The notes under the pieces are model-generated. The model was not told where the DNA came from, ran no database searches, and saw only the letters and a list, made by a program, of their open reading frames with translations. A stretch of DNA of 64,000 bases from Hamiltosporidium tvaerminnensis FI-OER-3-3 (lineage: Eukaryota > Fungi > Microsporidia): positions 806,001 to 870,000 of the forward strand of contig JAKIMF020000005.1 in the NCBI GenBank assembly GCA_022605425.2. Direction: 5' to 3'. This document shows positions 27,413 through 39,484 of the stretch, piece by piece; position 1 is the stretch's first letter, and every line of letters begins with the position of its first letter. The position numbers and the translations under genes are program-made.

Positions 27413-28097
27413 CTGATTATTACAAAAACGATTCTAAATTTTCTCGTATGTTGGTAATTTTTAAAAATTATAGAGGAAGAATTGTAGAAAGCAACAAATC
27501 AAATAGCATCTCGAGATATTTGTTTATTGGAGGCAAAGGCTAATAAAAAAGACTCTGAAATAAATTAAAAGACAAAAGAGCATTTTGTTTGAATTTTTTA
27601 CAATAATTCAATTTTTAAAGTTTCATTTCCTTTTAGGAATAACATGATTGAAGTAAAAAACAAAGATGATGACATAAAAAGGTTTTCTGTGACGTAATAA
27701 AACATATTTAATTAAATTTGGTCTACTTAGCAATCATAATACGAAATTTTTTATTAATTTAATGTTGACCTGATATTTTTAATTTTTTTTTATCAAAATT
27801 TTAATTTTTTTTTTGCGGGAAATTCAACTTTAAAATCATGAAGGCAGTTTTTTAAATTGACCCCATTAAGTTTAGAAATAAAATCATTTTTATTTTTCGA
27901 AAATAGGAGCTTTAGAAGTAATAAATAGAAAATAATGGGGGTTCTATAAAATTATTAGAAATAAAGTGAGTTTTATAAATATATTAGAAATAACGGGAGT
28001 ATGTAGAATATAAAGGGGTTCTATTGGACATGGGGGTTTATTGGCCCGTGACAAAAATATTTTTTAAACGATCATATTTCTAAAGGGGCTTCTTTTA

Positions 28098-28664
28098 ATG
28101 ATTACGGTCAATACAAATCAAAAAGGAAATAATATTTTAAATTTTCTATCAAAATCGACATTTTGCTTCGGGGAAAATATAAAGACCGATTATGAAACAG
28201 CAAATGCATCAATAATTTTTCTTTCCTTGAAATTTCACTGTGTAAAACCAGAATATATCTATAAAAGAATAAAAACTTCAACAAAAAACCGAAAAATATT
28301 ATTACTACACGCAGACACAGTAAATTACGAATTAAAAATAGAAGAGTTATTTCAAATAGCAGATACAAATAATTTCATATTGATAATAGCATTTTCTAAT
28401 GAAGAATGTGCCAGATACATTCAAGCATTTGATATAAATGAAAAAAGATCTTTGGATATTTTAAGAAAAAAAGAAACGAATCAAAAAGAAATTTACGAAA
28501 CTTTTTTATGTTATTTTCCTAAAATAAATAAAACAGACGCTTCTAAAATAATAGGATTTGATGTGAATTTAAATGTATTTTTTAATTCCAAAATTGAAAA
28601 TATTTTGGGTAAAAATAAATCAGAAAATATAAAAAATTATTTGGAAATGGAATTTGATAAATAA
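28098..28664 (+). CDS. ERCC1: DNA excision repair protein ERCC1/Rad10
   Basis: QKGNNIL, FLSLKFH..PEYIYKRI, ILIIAFSNEECARYI central-domain motifs and a C-terminal helix-hairpin-helix (KINKTDA). GGGG motif at 28085-28088. Confidence 0.92.
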   Translation: MITVNTNQKGNNILNFLSKSTFCFGENIKTDYETANASIIFLSLKFHCVKPEYIYKRIKTSTKNRKILLLHADTVNYELKIEELFQIADTNNFILIIAFSNEECARYIQAFDINEKRSLDILRKKETNQKEIYETFLCYFPKINKTDASKIIGFDVNLNVFFNSKIENILGKNKSENIKNYLEMEFDK

Positions 28665-28799
28665 TTTTTTTTAAATCTTATTTAAGTAAATTATACGTTT
28701 AAAAAAAATTGCATTCATATTATCTATTTCAAAAACCAATTTTTACCGCATTTCTTTGTTTCTTTTTAATTATCCTCATTGTTTTGATTTATTGCCAAA

Positions 28800-29915
28800 T
28801 TCTCAACTAATGTATGTTATCTAAAATGAAAATTAAAAGGGTTTTTGCAAATAGTTATTGCCCCCATCTTCCTCCTTCTTCGCTTTTTTAAATTGTTGAT
28901 TCTTCATGAATCATAGTTCTTTTGATACACTTATTGACATATTCACCAGCTCTCTTTGGTATTTAGTCCTAAATCAAATCCTTTTCATCAGTCGAAAAAT
29001 TGTATTGATCGTTTTTTCGAGCAATATCTGCATAATTTTTATTCTAGGATCATAGGTAGTGAAGTATCTTAACATATATTATGGTACTTCTTCACAATAC
29101 TATCCCAAGTTATCGCATAAGGAATTATCTCAATACTACACTTATAAATAAGACTCCCTTTATTTTATAATAGGCTATAATTCATTGGTTTCTGTTTCAA
29201 CTATTTGAAGTAAGTCTTGAGAAGTGATTCCTTTTTTTGTGGTCCACACTTTTTATTCTAATCTAAGACACATATATTAGAAAAATAGTTTTGATATTCG
29301 ATATTGGTTTTTACTAAAATATCTCCTCTTGGTTTTGCATACATATCCAAGAATTTCTTAACCTAAGTGAATCTTAATTAGTTTTAAAATTTTGAATTTT
29401 ATTGATTTAAAATGAGAAAGTTATGTATTTAACCAATTCGTAAGCCGCCTGGTATAGTCATGGCTGAGCATTTAATCAATTCAAATTTCTAAATGCAATA
29501 CACTTTTATCAGACTTATTGCAGTGTTGACACATTCTTTTTAATTCAAATTATACATTTTAATCCTGGATATAGCAGAAAAATATTTTAAATTTCTGGCC
29601 TTCAATCCCCCATTCTTTAACATCTTGATGGGTCAATAACACACAAAAGCTAATTATTTCTTGCATTATATAACTTTAAGTAATCCCAACCTATTTATTT
29701 CGTTAGATAGTTTGCGATTTAAGCTTCTTCTAAATTCTATTTATTAAATTCTTCTTCGAAACCGTATTTACTTTAAACAAACTTTTTATTGGTGCAAGAT
29801 AGTTGTATTCTCAATTTCAAAGATTACTGCTTTTCGAGTTGATATTTTTTTTATATTTGCAGACAATCCAACAGTATCAAAATACTTGTTCACCTCGCAC
29901 TCAACACTATATATG
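28800..29915 (-). mobile_element. Degenerate 5'-truncated copy of the R4/Dong-type LINE
   Basis: The reverse complement matches about 49670-50800 (cttatttataagtgtagt.ttgagataat, ccatgactatacc, ttctgctatatccaggat), with many stops and indels. Confidence 0.85.
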
Positions 29916-30370
29916 CCTATTTTTTAAAAAATTAATTTTTATTTTACTTCTAATTCAATAAATCGTAAATATCTTAGAAATTCTTATTCTTTAAAGCCAA
30001 AACATAAACATTTCACGTTATAATGAAAATTAATGATAAATAGCTTAGAAAATTCAATATTGATAAATAAGATCAAAAATTCTACAAAATTATTGTTTAA
30101 ACACAATTATTGGGTTTACATTCGGTAAACAAAAAAATTAAAAACTTATTAGAAAATTTATATGAATCTATCAAGTAAAATAATAAATGATTAAATTTCT
30201 ATTTTTTTTCTAGTTTTTATATAAAAAGTTTAAACCAAAAGAGTCTTCTTGGATTACATTTGACAAAAATACAAATTTTATATTTTTTTTGTAAGCCATA
30301 AATATTTTTCGGATTTTTTTTTCTAATTTTTGAATTTCTATATTTTTATAAAAAAAATAAAAATATTTCA

Positions 30371-30373
30371 CCC
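30371..30373 (+). promoter_or_regulatory. Microsporidian CCC-like start-proximal motif (also 4623-4625 on the minus strand, 28085-28088 GGGG, 33118-33120, 44335-44338)
   Basis: CCC or GGG within about 25 nt of the ATG after an AT-rich tract, which is a known microsporidian signal. Confidence 0.65.
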
Positions 30374-30378
30374 ATAAA

Positions 30379-31288
30379 ATGGTAAGTGAAATGAAGACAC
30401 AAAATTAATTTTTAGACCGATCATACACAAAAAAAATCTTATTACATGAGATATCAAGTAAAGTTTAGAAGACGCAGAGAAGGAAAGACACATTACAGAC
30501 ACCGATTAAATTTAATAAGACAAGATCTTAACAAATACAGTAATGCAAAATCCAGATTCGTTGTCAGAATAACGAATACAAAAGTTATATGTCAGATTTT
30601 TAAGGCGTATGTTGAAGGAGACAGGCTTGTTGCATCTGCAGATTCAACAGAACTTAAGAAGTATGGAATTGAATTTGGATTAACCAATTATTCTGCTTCT
30701 TACGCTACTGGTCTTTTATGTGCACGAAGAGCTTTAAAATTATTGAAACTTGAAGATTCTTATGGAAAAGGAGATATTGATGGGGAATATGAAGTTGTGG
30801 AAAATAAAGAAGATGGTCCAAGAGCATATGTGTGTTATTTAGATATTGGATTGGCAAGGTCTACCAAAGGTGCAAGAGTATTTGCAGCAATGAAAGGAGC
30901 ATCTGATGGGGGTATTTCTATACCTCATCGACCTTCTAAATTTTATGGTTATGATGAAGAGAATCCAGAAGATTTTGATGCAGAATCATTGAGAAACAGA
31001 ATATTTGGAAAAAATGTTTCAGAATATATGATAAGCCTTAGGGAAAGTGATCCGGAAAAATATAAGAAACAGTTTTCTGGTTACATTAAAAAAGGAATTG
31101 ATCCTTCTGCAATTGAAGGAATCTATGAAGCAGCTTTTTCTAAAATTAATGAAAATCCAGAAAAACCAAAGAAATCCAATGGTTTTGATTATTCTGAATT
31201 CAAAAGATTTATCAAACCTAAGATTTCGCTTGATGAGAGAAAGAAAAAAATTGATGAAAAATTGGCTTCAATAAAAGCGGAAAATTAA
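30379..31288 (+). CDS. RPL5: 60S ribosomal protein L5 (uL18), two exons: 30379-30381 and 30416-31288
   Basis: RYQVKFRRRREGKT, GLTNYSASYATGLLCARR, LDIGLAR..GARVFAAMKGASDGG. Splicing gives MTDHTQKKSYYMRYQ, in frame with the ORF called at 30446. Confidence 0.97.
30382..30415 (+). other. 34-nt spliceosomal intron directly after the start codon
   Basis: ATG|GTAAGT...TTAATTTTTAG|ACC. Removing it keeps the frame. A CCC motif sits at 30371-30373. Confidence 0.9.
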
Positions 31289-31687
31289 AGTCTGGGAATA
31301 TTTAATTAATTTTTTTGTTTTCTTTTAAATCTCATTAAGTTTCTAATATTTTTAAAATTTATTTCCAATTTCATCTAATTAAAATAAGGAATGAATTCTA
31401 CTTTTTTTAAAGAAAATTATTTTTTAAATTTTATTTCTTTTTCTGCGTTGACTAATTAATAAATTCTTTGTTATTTTCTTAAATTTAATCGTGTACATTT
31501 GGGTTGTTTTTCTAATATTTACAGTTACATAAGAAATTTAATTTCGAAATTATTTTCAACCATTTTTTTGATTAAAATTGGTTTTTTTTTTAATGTTCAT
31601 TTTAAAGATTTTACATCTTGTAACAATGTGAGTAAAATCTTAAAAATAATTTCTTCGCAAATCAAAATTTATTTTTTTGAAAAATAA

Positions 31688-32408
31688 GTTGAGGGATGAT
31701 CACCAAATAAAAAACTATACACTTAGCAAAGAATAGGTGTATTGATGTATGAATTATTAGGTTTATTTTTTGTGAGAATGGAACCAGAACCCATTTTTTG
31801 TTGTTCCGTGGGAGTTTGTATGAGGAGGAAAAAGTCTATAAAATGGCGAAACTTTTTTACAAATCTATTTTTTAACTAACCAGACAATATCATGGTTAAA
31901 GTATTGGGCAATTACCATGTAAAAGCATGGAAACCTAATCTTGTTCCCTCGGGTTAGAAGACTTAGTGCCTGGGAGATATAAACAAAAAAACCATTAAAA
32001 GCCGGGAGAGCTAAGTAGCAGGTTATAACTGTTGGTATGACATTGCACTGTCTAGGTGGACCCCATGTAAATCTCTGAAATATATCTTAGCTAGAAGTTT
32101 ATTGGGTTCAGAAAGTGTAGAGAAGTGAGATGTTGCATAGCCTCAGGGAGTTTAGTGTGGGTTTCGGCCTTCGATCACACTTTATGCAACGAACATTAAC
32201 GAACTCTGGTCAACTCCTTCGCCTAGTAATTAAGTTATATACACCTGGTAGATGAAAGGTTCTGAGATTTAGGTATCGTAGGAGGTACTGATAGAGTGTT
32301 GCGGTAGCAGTTATTTATGTTAAACCTAGAACTGCGTTAATGTCACGAAAACAAATATAACACTTGCCAGTATTTAAAAAGATGTGTTATTCTTGAATAA
32401 ATAAATAA
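31688..32408 (+). mobile_element. ~730-bp SINE-like repeat, copy 3
   Basis: High identity to the reverse complement of 51035-51763 (e.g. gttggtatgacattgcactgtctaggtggaccccatgtaaatctctgaaatatatcttagctagaagtttattgggttcagaaagtgtagag is identical). Ends in AATAAATAAATAAAA. Confidence 0.9.
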
Positions 32409-33125
32409 AATCTATTAAGTGTTTTCTGATTTAATATCAAACATATTTTTAAATTATTAGAATCATTGAGTACTTAAGAATATATATGAAAATAATGCTT
32501 GCAAAAATGAAAAGTTATAAAAATCAGAGATTGGCTATTATTTGTTTCGATTATTTTGTTTTAATTATGAAATACCAATATATAAGGAATTATTTAATTC
32601 TCTGTTTGAAAAAGAAACTGGAAATTTTACTAAATATTGAAGCCGAAAAAAAGACCATAAGGTGTGATGCAAGGGACATTAAGACATTCCAGTCGTATTT
32701 ATATTAAAAGTATCCGAATTGGGGCTTGGTAAGTAAATAAATACATAGAATATTTTACCAATAATTTTATAGGTTCAGTATAATCGCCAAAGAGGAAGAT
32801 GGGAGAAAATAAAAAGAGTTTAATATTTAGATTGTTATTTACTAGGATGCAAATTCTGAGATAAAAGTAATAGATTAATCAGAATATAAAACAAAATCAG
32901 TTTTTATAATTCAAATAAAATATTTTATTATATTGAATCAAAACTTTTTTTAGCTAGAATAGGAAAAATTAAATTTATGATGTTACATTTTTATATTTGT
33001 TAAATTCGAATAAGAATATTCTAAAGAATAAATGTTTTTTTAATCAGATTTACATATATTTTTATCATTTAATATTTGTCATGGAAATATAATTTATATA
33101 AAATTAACAGAATATTTCCCAGAAA

Positions 33126-35471
33126 ATGACGATATATATTAAAGTTTTCAAAAAATCTAATGTGTATATGAAATTATATGCCATTATATTCTTCATCATA
33201 CAGTTTTTTAACACAGTATTGGCACAAAAGACTGTTGCAATACATTTTTATGAGAATACCGACAGCACTTTGAAAGAAAATTTTTTAGAAAATAGCCAAT
33301 CCGGCATTTTCCAAGCCACACCATATAAAAAATATCAAATATTTTCCGCTGAATTGAGCACGGAATACCAGAAAACATTTTTAATCGATTTAGTTACTTT
33401 TTACTTAAAGTTTTCTAATGAAGAAGAAATTTTAGACGGTAAAACGTATCACATTTATATAAACAATAGTCTGTTAAGTTACGACGAATTTACATATTTT
33501 TATAATATAGTAGTGAGTTTTCCCTCATTCATTGATATTTTAAATGAATATAACTATAGATTAATTTTCACCATTATGAATATATTCAAGTTTAAACATG
33601 ATAAATATTTTAAACGGTTCATTAGGCTTTTATGGGTTTCTGTAGTTTTTAATCCGATTGCGATAGAAAAATGGTATTCAAAAACATCTACGAGAAACAA
33701 ATATGAGTATCCTTCTTGTGTTTCAAAGATAGCACTCGTGGAGTTGTTAAAACTATATAGAGTTCGTAGAGAAACATTAGAAAAAATTGAAGACACTTCG
33801 TATCTTTTAAACTGGACAGTAAGTTTTAAATATGATTTTATGAATGCAACTGATGAATATCTATATATTGAGCCTAGTATTATCAACGAAATTTTAAAAA
33901 GATCTAAAAAATCAAAATTTTTTCAGGAACTCTTAGATACCTTTTTCAGTGTTCATAAGTTCAAAAACTTGTTTCTATATAATATAACGTTCAAAAAGGA
34001 ACATGGGTATATATTTAATTTGTCTTTTTTCAAATATAACGAATCATTAGTTTTGCTTTTTTGTTCAAATCTAGATATTTTGATTCAAAAAACCTATCAA
34101 GTCTTTAATTCAGACTGTTTGAAAGCAGTAAATATAATATATTCTAAGTTTACAATAGAAGATGAAATTTCATGGTTGAAAACACAAAATTTCAAAATTA
34201 TAAACTATGTTGTGGATAAATGGGAATCTATATTTCAATTCAGCGTTAATGAGCCAACATCGCCCGGTTTTGATGTTCTTTTGAACGTGGTTAAGGAGTT
34301 TTTCACCAAAGAAAACAATCCGAATATTTTTATTCATGATAAAATAGTTTCTTGTTATGATTTTTGCAAAACAAAAGATCTCCAAATATATGCAGACCAA
34401 AGTAAAGTGGAAAAATATCATAAACCTGGTTTTCCACTTCAAACTTATATTTTTATACAATATTCAATTGTATATTTGACTTTGGAATTCGTAATAATAA
34501 ATTTTAAAGCTTTAAAAAATATATATATTACCTTTACCGATACTGATATCAAGGACTTTAATATTAAGGATAAAGAAATTATCGAAAATATAGTAGATAT
34601 TCAGTTCGATAGATCAAAAGTCTATTTCAATTTTTTATCGAAAATTCTATCGTTTCCCTTCTTAGAGAATCTAAAGTTTTTTAAATCTAGTATCATTTTT
34701 TCAAATACTAAGATAAGCTTAAATGAAAACCAAAATATCCAGTGTCTTATTTTTGAAAATTCTTCAGTATCTCACCAAAATATTTTTGTAGAATTAATAA
34801 ACAAAATGATCGGCTTGAAAGCATTAGATATTAGTTTTTCGAAAAAATTTTTGAACCCATTTATTTCTATTTCTGAAGGATTCCATTTGCATTTAGATAA
34901 GTTAAACTATTTAAAATATCATGATAGCGAAAGTTCAAATTATAATCTTTTGAATTTTTCATGCTTTTGTTGTCTCTCAGTTTTTGAGTTTGGTTCTGAA
35001 TTGAGCTCAAATTATCCAGAAGGTACGCTTAAAGAAATATTGCACAACAAAAATTTCATCTGTGTTTTGATGTTAAATATAAACGGTGTATCTGTTGGTG
35101 AAAGAGATAGATCAGCACTAGAAAAATGTAGGAATCTTCAATATCTAAAATTTTCCAATGAATGTAGGGTTTTGAAAATTTCATTTTTTGAACTTTTTGA
35201 TTCGAACAGCTTCTATCCATTAATTGAACTAAAGCTTCCAAATATTGAATTTACTGATAAGGATTTACTTTTTATTTCGAAACTAAAATTTCTCAAGAAA
35301 ATATATATTAAAAATCTAACAATCAAAACCAATGTTTTGTATTTCTTGAAAACATTTTCGTTATTTCAAGAAATTGAGATATACGAAAATTTTGTTTCCA
35401 AAAAAAATATAATGGAAATGTTTGGAACTAAATTTAAGCATATTAAATTTCGCCATCAACTTCTAAATTAA
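33126..35471 (+). CDS. LRR-like protein family B, probable signal peptide
   Basis: 781 aa. Hydrophobic leader KLYAIIFFIIQFFNTVLA/Q and degenerate LRRs (LENLKF, LKALDIS, LQYLKFS, LIELKL). Paralog of 39485. An alternative ATG is at 33168. Confidence 0.85.
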   Translation: MTIYIKVFKKSNVYMKLYAIIFFIIQFFNTVLAQKTVAIHFYENTDSTLKENFLENSQSGIFQATPYKKYQIFSAELSTEYQKTFLIDLVTFYLKFSNEEEILDGKTYHIYINNSLLSYDEFTYFYNIVVSFPSFIDILNEYNYRLIFTIMNIFKFKHDKYFKRFIRLLWVSVVFNPIAIEKWYSKTSTRNKYEYPSCVSKIALVELLKLYRVRRETLEKIEDTSYLLNWTVSFKYDFMNATDEYLYIEPSIINEILKRSKKSKFFQELLDTFFSVHKFKNLFLYNITFKKEHGYIFNLSFFKYNESLVLLFCSNLDILIQKTYQVFNSDCLKAVNIIYSKFTIEDEISWLKTQNFKIINYVVDKWESIFQFSVNEPTSPGFDVLLNVVKEFFTKENNPNIFIHDKIVSCYDFCKTKDLQIYADQSKVEKYHKPGFPLQTYIFIQYSIVYLTLEFVIINFKALKNIYITFTDTDIKDFNIKDKEIIENIVDIQFDRSKVYFNFLSKILSFPFLENLKFFKSSIIFSNTKISLNENQNIQCLIFENSSVSHQNIFVELINKMIGLKALDISFSKKFLNPFISISEGFHLHLDKLNYLKYHDSESSNYNLLNFSCFCCLSVFEFGSELSSNYPEGTLKEILHNKNFICVLMLNINGVSVGERDRSALEKCRNLQYLKFSNECRVLKISFFELFDSNSFYPLIELKLPNIEFTDKDLLFISKLKFLKKIYIKNLTIKTNVLYFLKTFSLFQEIEIYENFVSKKNIMEMFGTKFKHIKFRHQLLN

Positions 35472-38400
35472 AATAGGCGTTTTAAATAGGTGTTTTAATT
35501 CAGTTTAAGATTTTTCGGTTCCAAAAAAATAGTTATTGTATGATTATTCTTGAAAGTCTGCACTATTATTTATTTAAATACGTTTTTATTTTCACTGTAG
35601 GCATCTTATTTGTAAATTTTACTTTATTATATTCTTTACTTTGAATAGTTTATATGCAATGAATCTTAAAGTTCCTAGTTTTGTACTCAATCTATTTTTT
35701 CTCGGTTGTATATGCGAAGTTGCTGATATAATTTAATGTGTAGCTTTGGTTGAAATGTCTAAAATTTTGCCATTATTTACATTAGAAATATTGTGATTTA
35801 AATTGATTAATTGTGAATTAAATATATTTTCGACTGTTTTCTTCTCATTTGCTTGCCATATATGTCATTGTTAGGCTTATAGTCTCGATTACCAATAAAT
35901 TCAATGGCATTTGATACCAATTTCCGAAATATCATATATGAGATAATCCACAACATTTAAACTTAATAGCAATACTCGTATATTTGCCAAAAAGCACAAT
36001 TTCTTTGTTTTTCTATTTTGAGTATTCCAACTTAATAATTCGATGAAGAAATCGAAATTTCATATTATAATCCAATATAATTTCTGATACAAAACAAATA
36101 TATCTAATCTAATATTCTAAAATAAAATCGATTATAAAAGTGAAATCTGTAAAATTTCCACTACTCAAATTCGGAGATTTCTCCAATAGAATGATTACTA
36201 TTTTGCGTGATAGACACAGATCTATGTTTTTTTAACAAAGAAGATATATTCACCGAGGTAAATAGGAATGAATCTAATATTTTCATTTCTTTGTGTCTTT
36301 TGATCTGCGCACCAAATGTTTTATCAATGTTTCTGTTATTTCAAACTATTGAATGCCTCTTTCTTTTTACAAATCACATTTAGATTCCTCATATAATGGT
36401 AAATTCCTTCTCCGGATTTTATATCTTGTTTTTCTAAAGTTATAAAGTGTAATAATTATTAAATTATTATTTAAGATTTTGTTTTGTAGAATGCAGTTTT
36501 CAATTTTTAATAAAAATTTGCAGGTAACCTTAATTTATACTCTATTTTCAAGTTTTTTTATTTTATATTTTACTTAGTAACAGTTCTAGGCAAGGAAAAA
36601 ATGAGTTGATTTATATTCTAAATATTTAGAATCGAGTATTTACAAGAATATTTTTTTTAAATTTTTCTTGAAAAATTCAATAGTCTTAAATTCTTTGTAT
36701 TTGGCCCTTAGATATCATAAAGACTCTTCTGGTTTAAGATCTGAATATAAAATACACTATTATATGCCAAATAAAAATATTTCTTATCTCTGTCAGAATT
36801 ACTTGTATCGTTCATTTGGAATAAAAAATCAGTCGTTTAACTCGATATACTTCTATGTGTTCGTAAAAAAAAGATACCATATGAAATAAGCGTAAATTTT
36901 TGAATTTATTGTGTCCTTTTTTTCACTTCTAAATAAAATCTAGTTTTAACTACCTGAACTACAAATTATCTTTATTTCTTCAAAATATTCTATCATTATC
37001 CACCAAACAATGCTCATGAGTTTTAAAACGGTAACAAGTTTATTAAAAGTTATCTTGTAACGATTTTTTACGAATTTCAAATTTTTTTTCTAATAAGAAT
37101 GATTTTATAGTTTCGATTGGGTGGCTAATTTTCATTGAACTTTGGAATAAACTCAACCTTTCAAGAAAAATTCGTTTCGATTGTAGAAACCATTTATTCG
37201 TATCTTGTTATTTTTATATATTTCCCATTAAAAACGCAATCTAGGCTTAAATGATCTAAAATAAAGGTAAATTTATTGGCTAAATATTGTTTTACATTCT
37301 TCTTCTATATATATATTTCTGTTTTCCAGAACCTTAATATCCCTGTTTTTGTTTTGAAATCGTTATATAAAGAAATTTGTGATTTAAAAATGAAAATTCG
37401 AATTTCCCTTAAATTTCACAAAATGCAAGATCTATTGAATAAGAAATTTAAGATATCTGTTTATTTGGTTCTTAAGTCTATTATTGTTTAATGCCGATGA
37501 TAGAGCGCTCTTTAGAAGAGATTTACATTTTTTTCACAATGCAGTCAATTTTCTTATAAACACAAACATTTTTTTCAAAAGAGCCAAATGTGTATGACCG
37601 AATTTCAAAATATAAATTTTTAGCTTGATCATGATCTGTCTGTAGTCTGAAAATCTTTTATATATAATTTTTGGGCTTAATTGTTTGTACAATTTGTATT
37701 TTCAATCTTCTTTTAATGTTCCATATAATATATCAATTCAAAGATATCTTAAAGATTTTTGTGTATATCATTGCGTTTTTTGGATAAAAAATAATTAAAA
37801 TTTAAATTTCCCTATATTTCATTTAAGCACCAGTTTAAATAATTAATATTGTAAAGTATGAAATTACATACAAAATATTCGATTTAAAAGTATCAAAATA
37901 TTGTTATACATGAAATGGTTATTGCATTTATACTAAACGGTAAATTTAAGTTTTAAAAGTTGTCGTCTGTTCGCTCACATACCCGTACTTGGTATTTGCT
38001 TAGGTGTCTTAAATAACATATAGCTTGTATTATTGCAAAAATATGATTTTTTTTACAAAAGGCTCTTTGATTCACTACATCATGCGATTTTAAAAATACA
38101 TTTATACGACTTATTTATTTAATAAATGTATTTGATTTTTATTTTGCATGGGCTGTTAAGAATTTTCCTAAACTGAATTCATATGGTTTTCTATAACAAA
38201 AATATGTTTTTATATCCAAGTATTCTGACAAGATTTCTATAAACATTATGAAATTAAAGTTTTTTCTAGATTTTCTATCGACAACAAATTTCAGACTTTC
38301 TAAAGCTTTATCTGAAAATAAACTACCGGCACATCTTTTATGACACATGTGACAATTAAAATAATTTAAACGTGTAAGTATTAAATGCTTATCTCCCGTT

Positions 38401-39484
38401 GAATTAGTCTGTACAAAGTGTTTAAATTAATTAAAAAGCTTAATACGTTTCAACTCAAAGTTTCGCTTTTTCGATTCTATTCTTCTAGATTTCTTTATTT
38501 ATCTCTGCATCTTATTTTTTACGTGTTAAACCCAGTTTATCCCATAGAGCAAGTATATGAAAAAAGTAGTAATCCTGTTTTTCTTTTCTTTTAGCCATAC
38601 TAGATTTTAGTTGGTATTTTACTGCTTCTAAAACTCAAATAGACTCAATAGTAACAAAAGTGAAGAGTCTCAATAATTATCTCTAATACTATATCGTGAC
38701 TTCCTTTCGTATTTTCTTCGAATTTTTTCTGTGCTTATAAATACCAGTATCTAAATTCCTGCTAAAAGTCTTTTGTCAAAGATATACAGCAAATAATATA
38801 ATTAGACGGATTTAAGAAAGAAATATTCTTGCACATGGAGTTCATATTGTATGATTTTTTTTAATTTGAAGCCAGAAAGATTAAATTCTGGAATATTTAA
38901 CAGGGTTAAGACGCAGTAATCCGATGCTATGTAAATCTATAAATTAATTTTCTTGTAATATATTTAAAAGATATCTAAGATGACTAAGAACACAGCTAGT
39001 AAATATTTGCATTTCTTTGGCTATAATATCTGTTTGAATACATATTTGGCTTTGTACTTCATTTTACATCTAAATTTCTTTGTTTTTCGGATTTATAATG
39101 TAAAAATAGTCTGTATATATTTGATTTATTGAATTTTATTTTTTTTCTATAAAAAATATCTTATTCGTTTTAAAATAAAGATTTAAATTTGTAATAAAGT
39201 ATTACTTACAAGATTTAAGATTATTGCAAAATATAGTGCTTTTTTGCGCCAAATACGCAAATATTATTCATTGAAATAGAAACCAGATTTTTCTAACATT
39301 TTTATCGTTTTTAAATTTAGATAAGAAAGTCTAAAAAGCTTTATATATTTTAATCTTATATATTTTGATTGTTATGATTAATTAAGATAAATCAGTTTAA
39401 GAATTTGAATATCTGACGAAAAATATAGATAAAAATTAATTAAATATTCCAATAAATATATTTTTATCATAAGCTTAATTACCT

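Noticed and set aside
32728-32771. GTAAGT...TAATTTTATAG intron-like stretch
   Set aside because: No credible flanking exons or start context were found.
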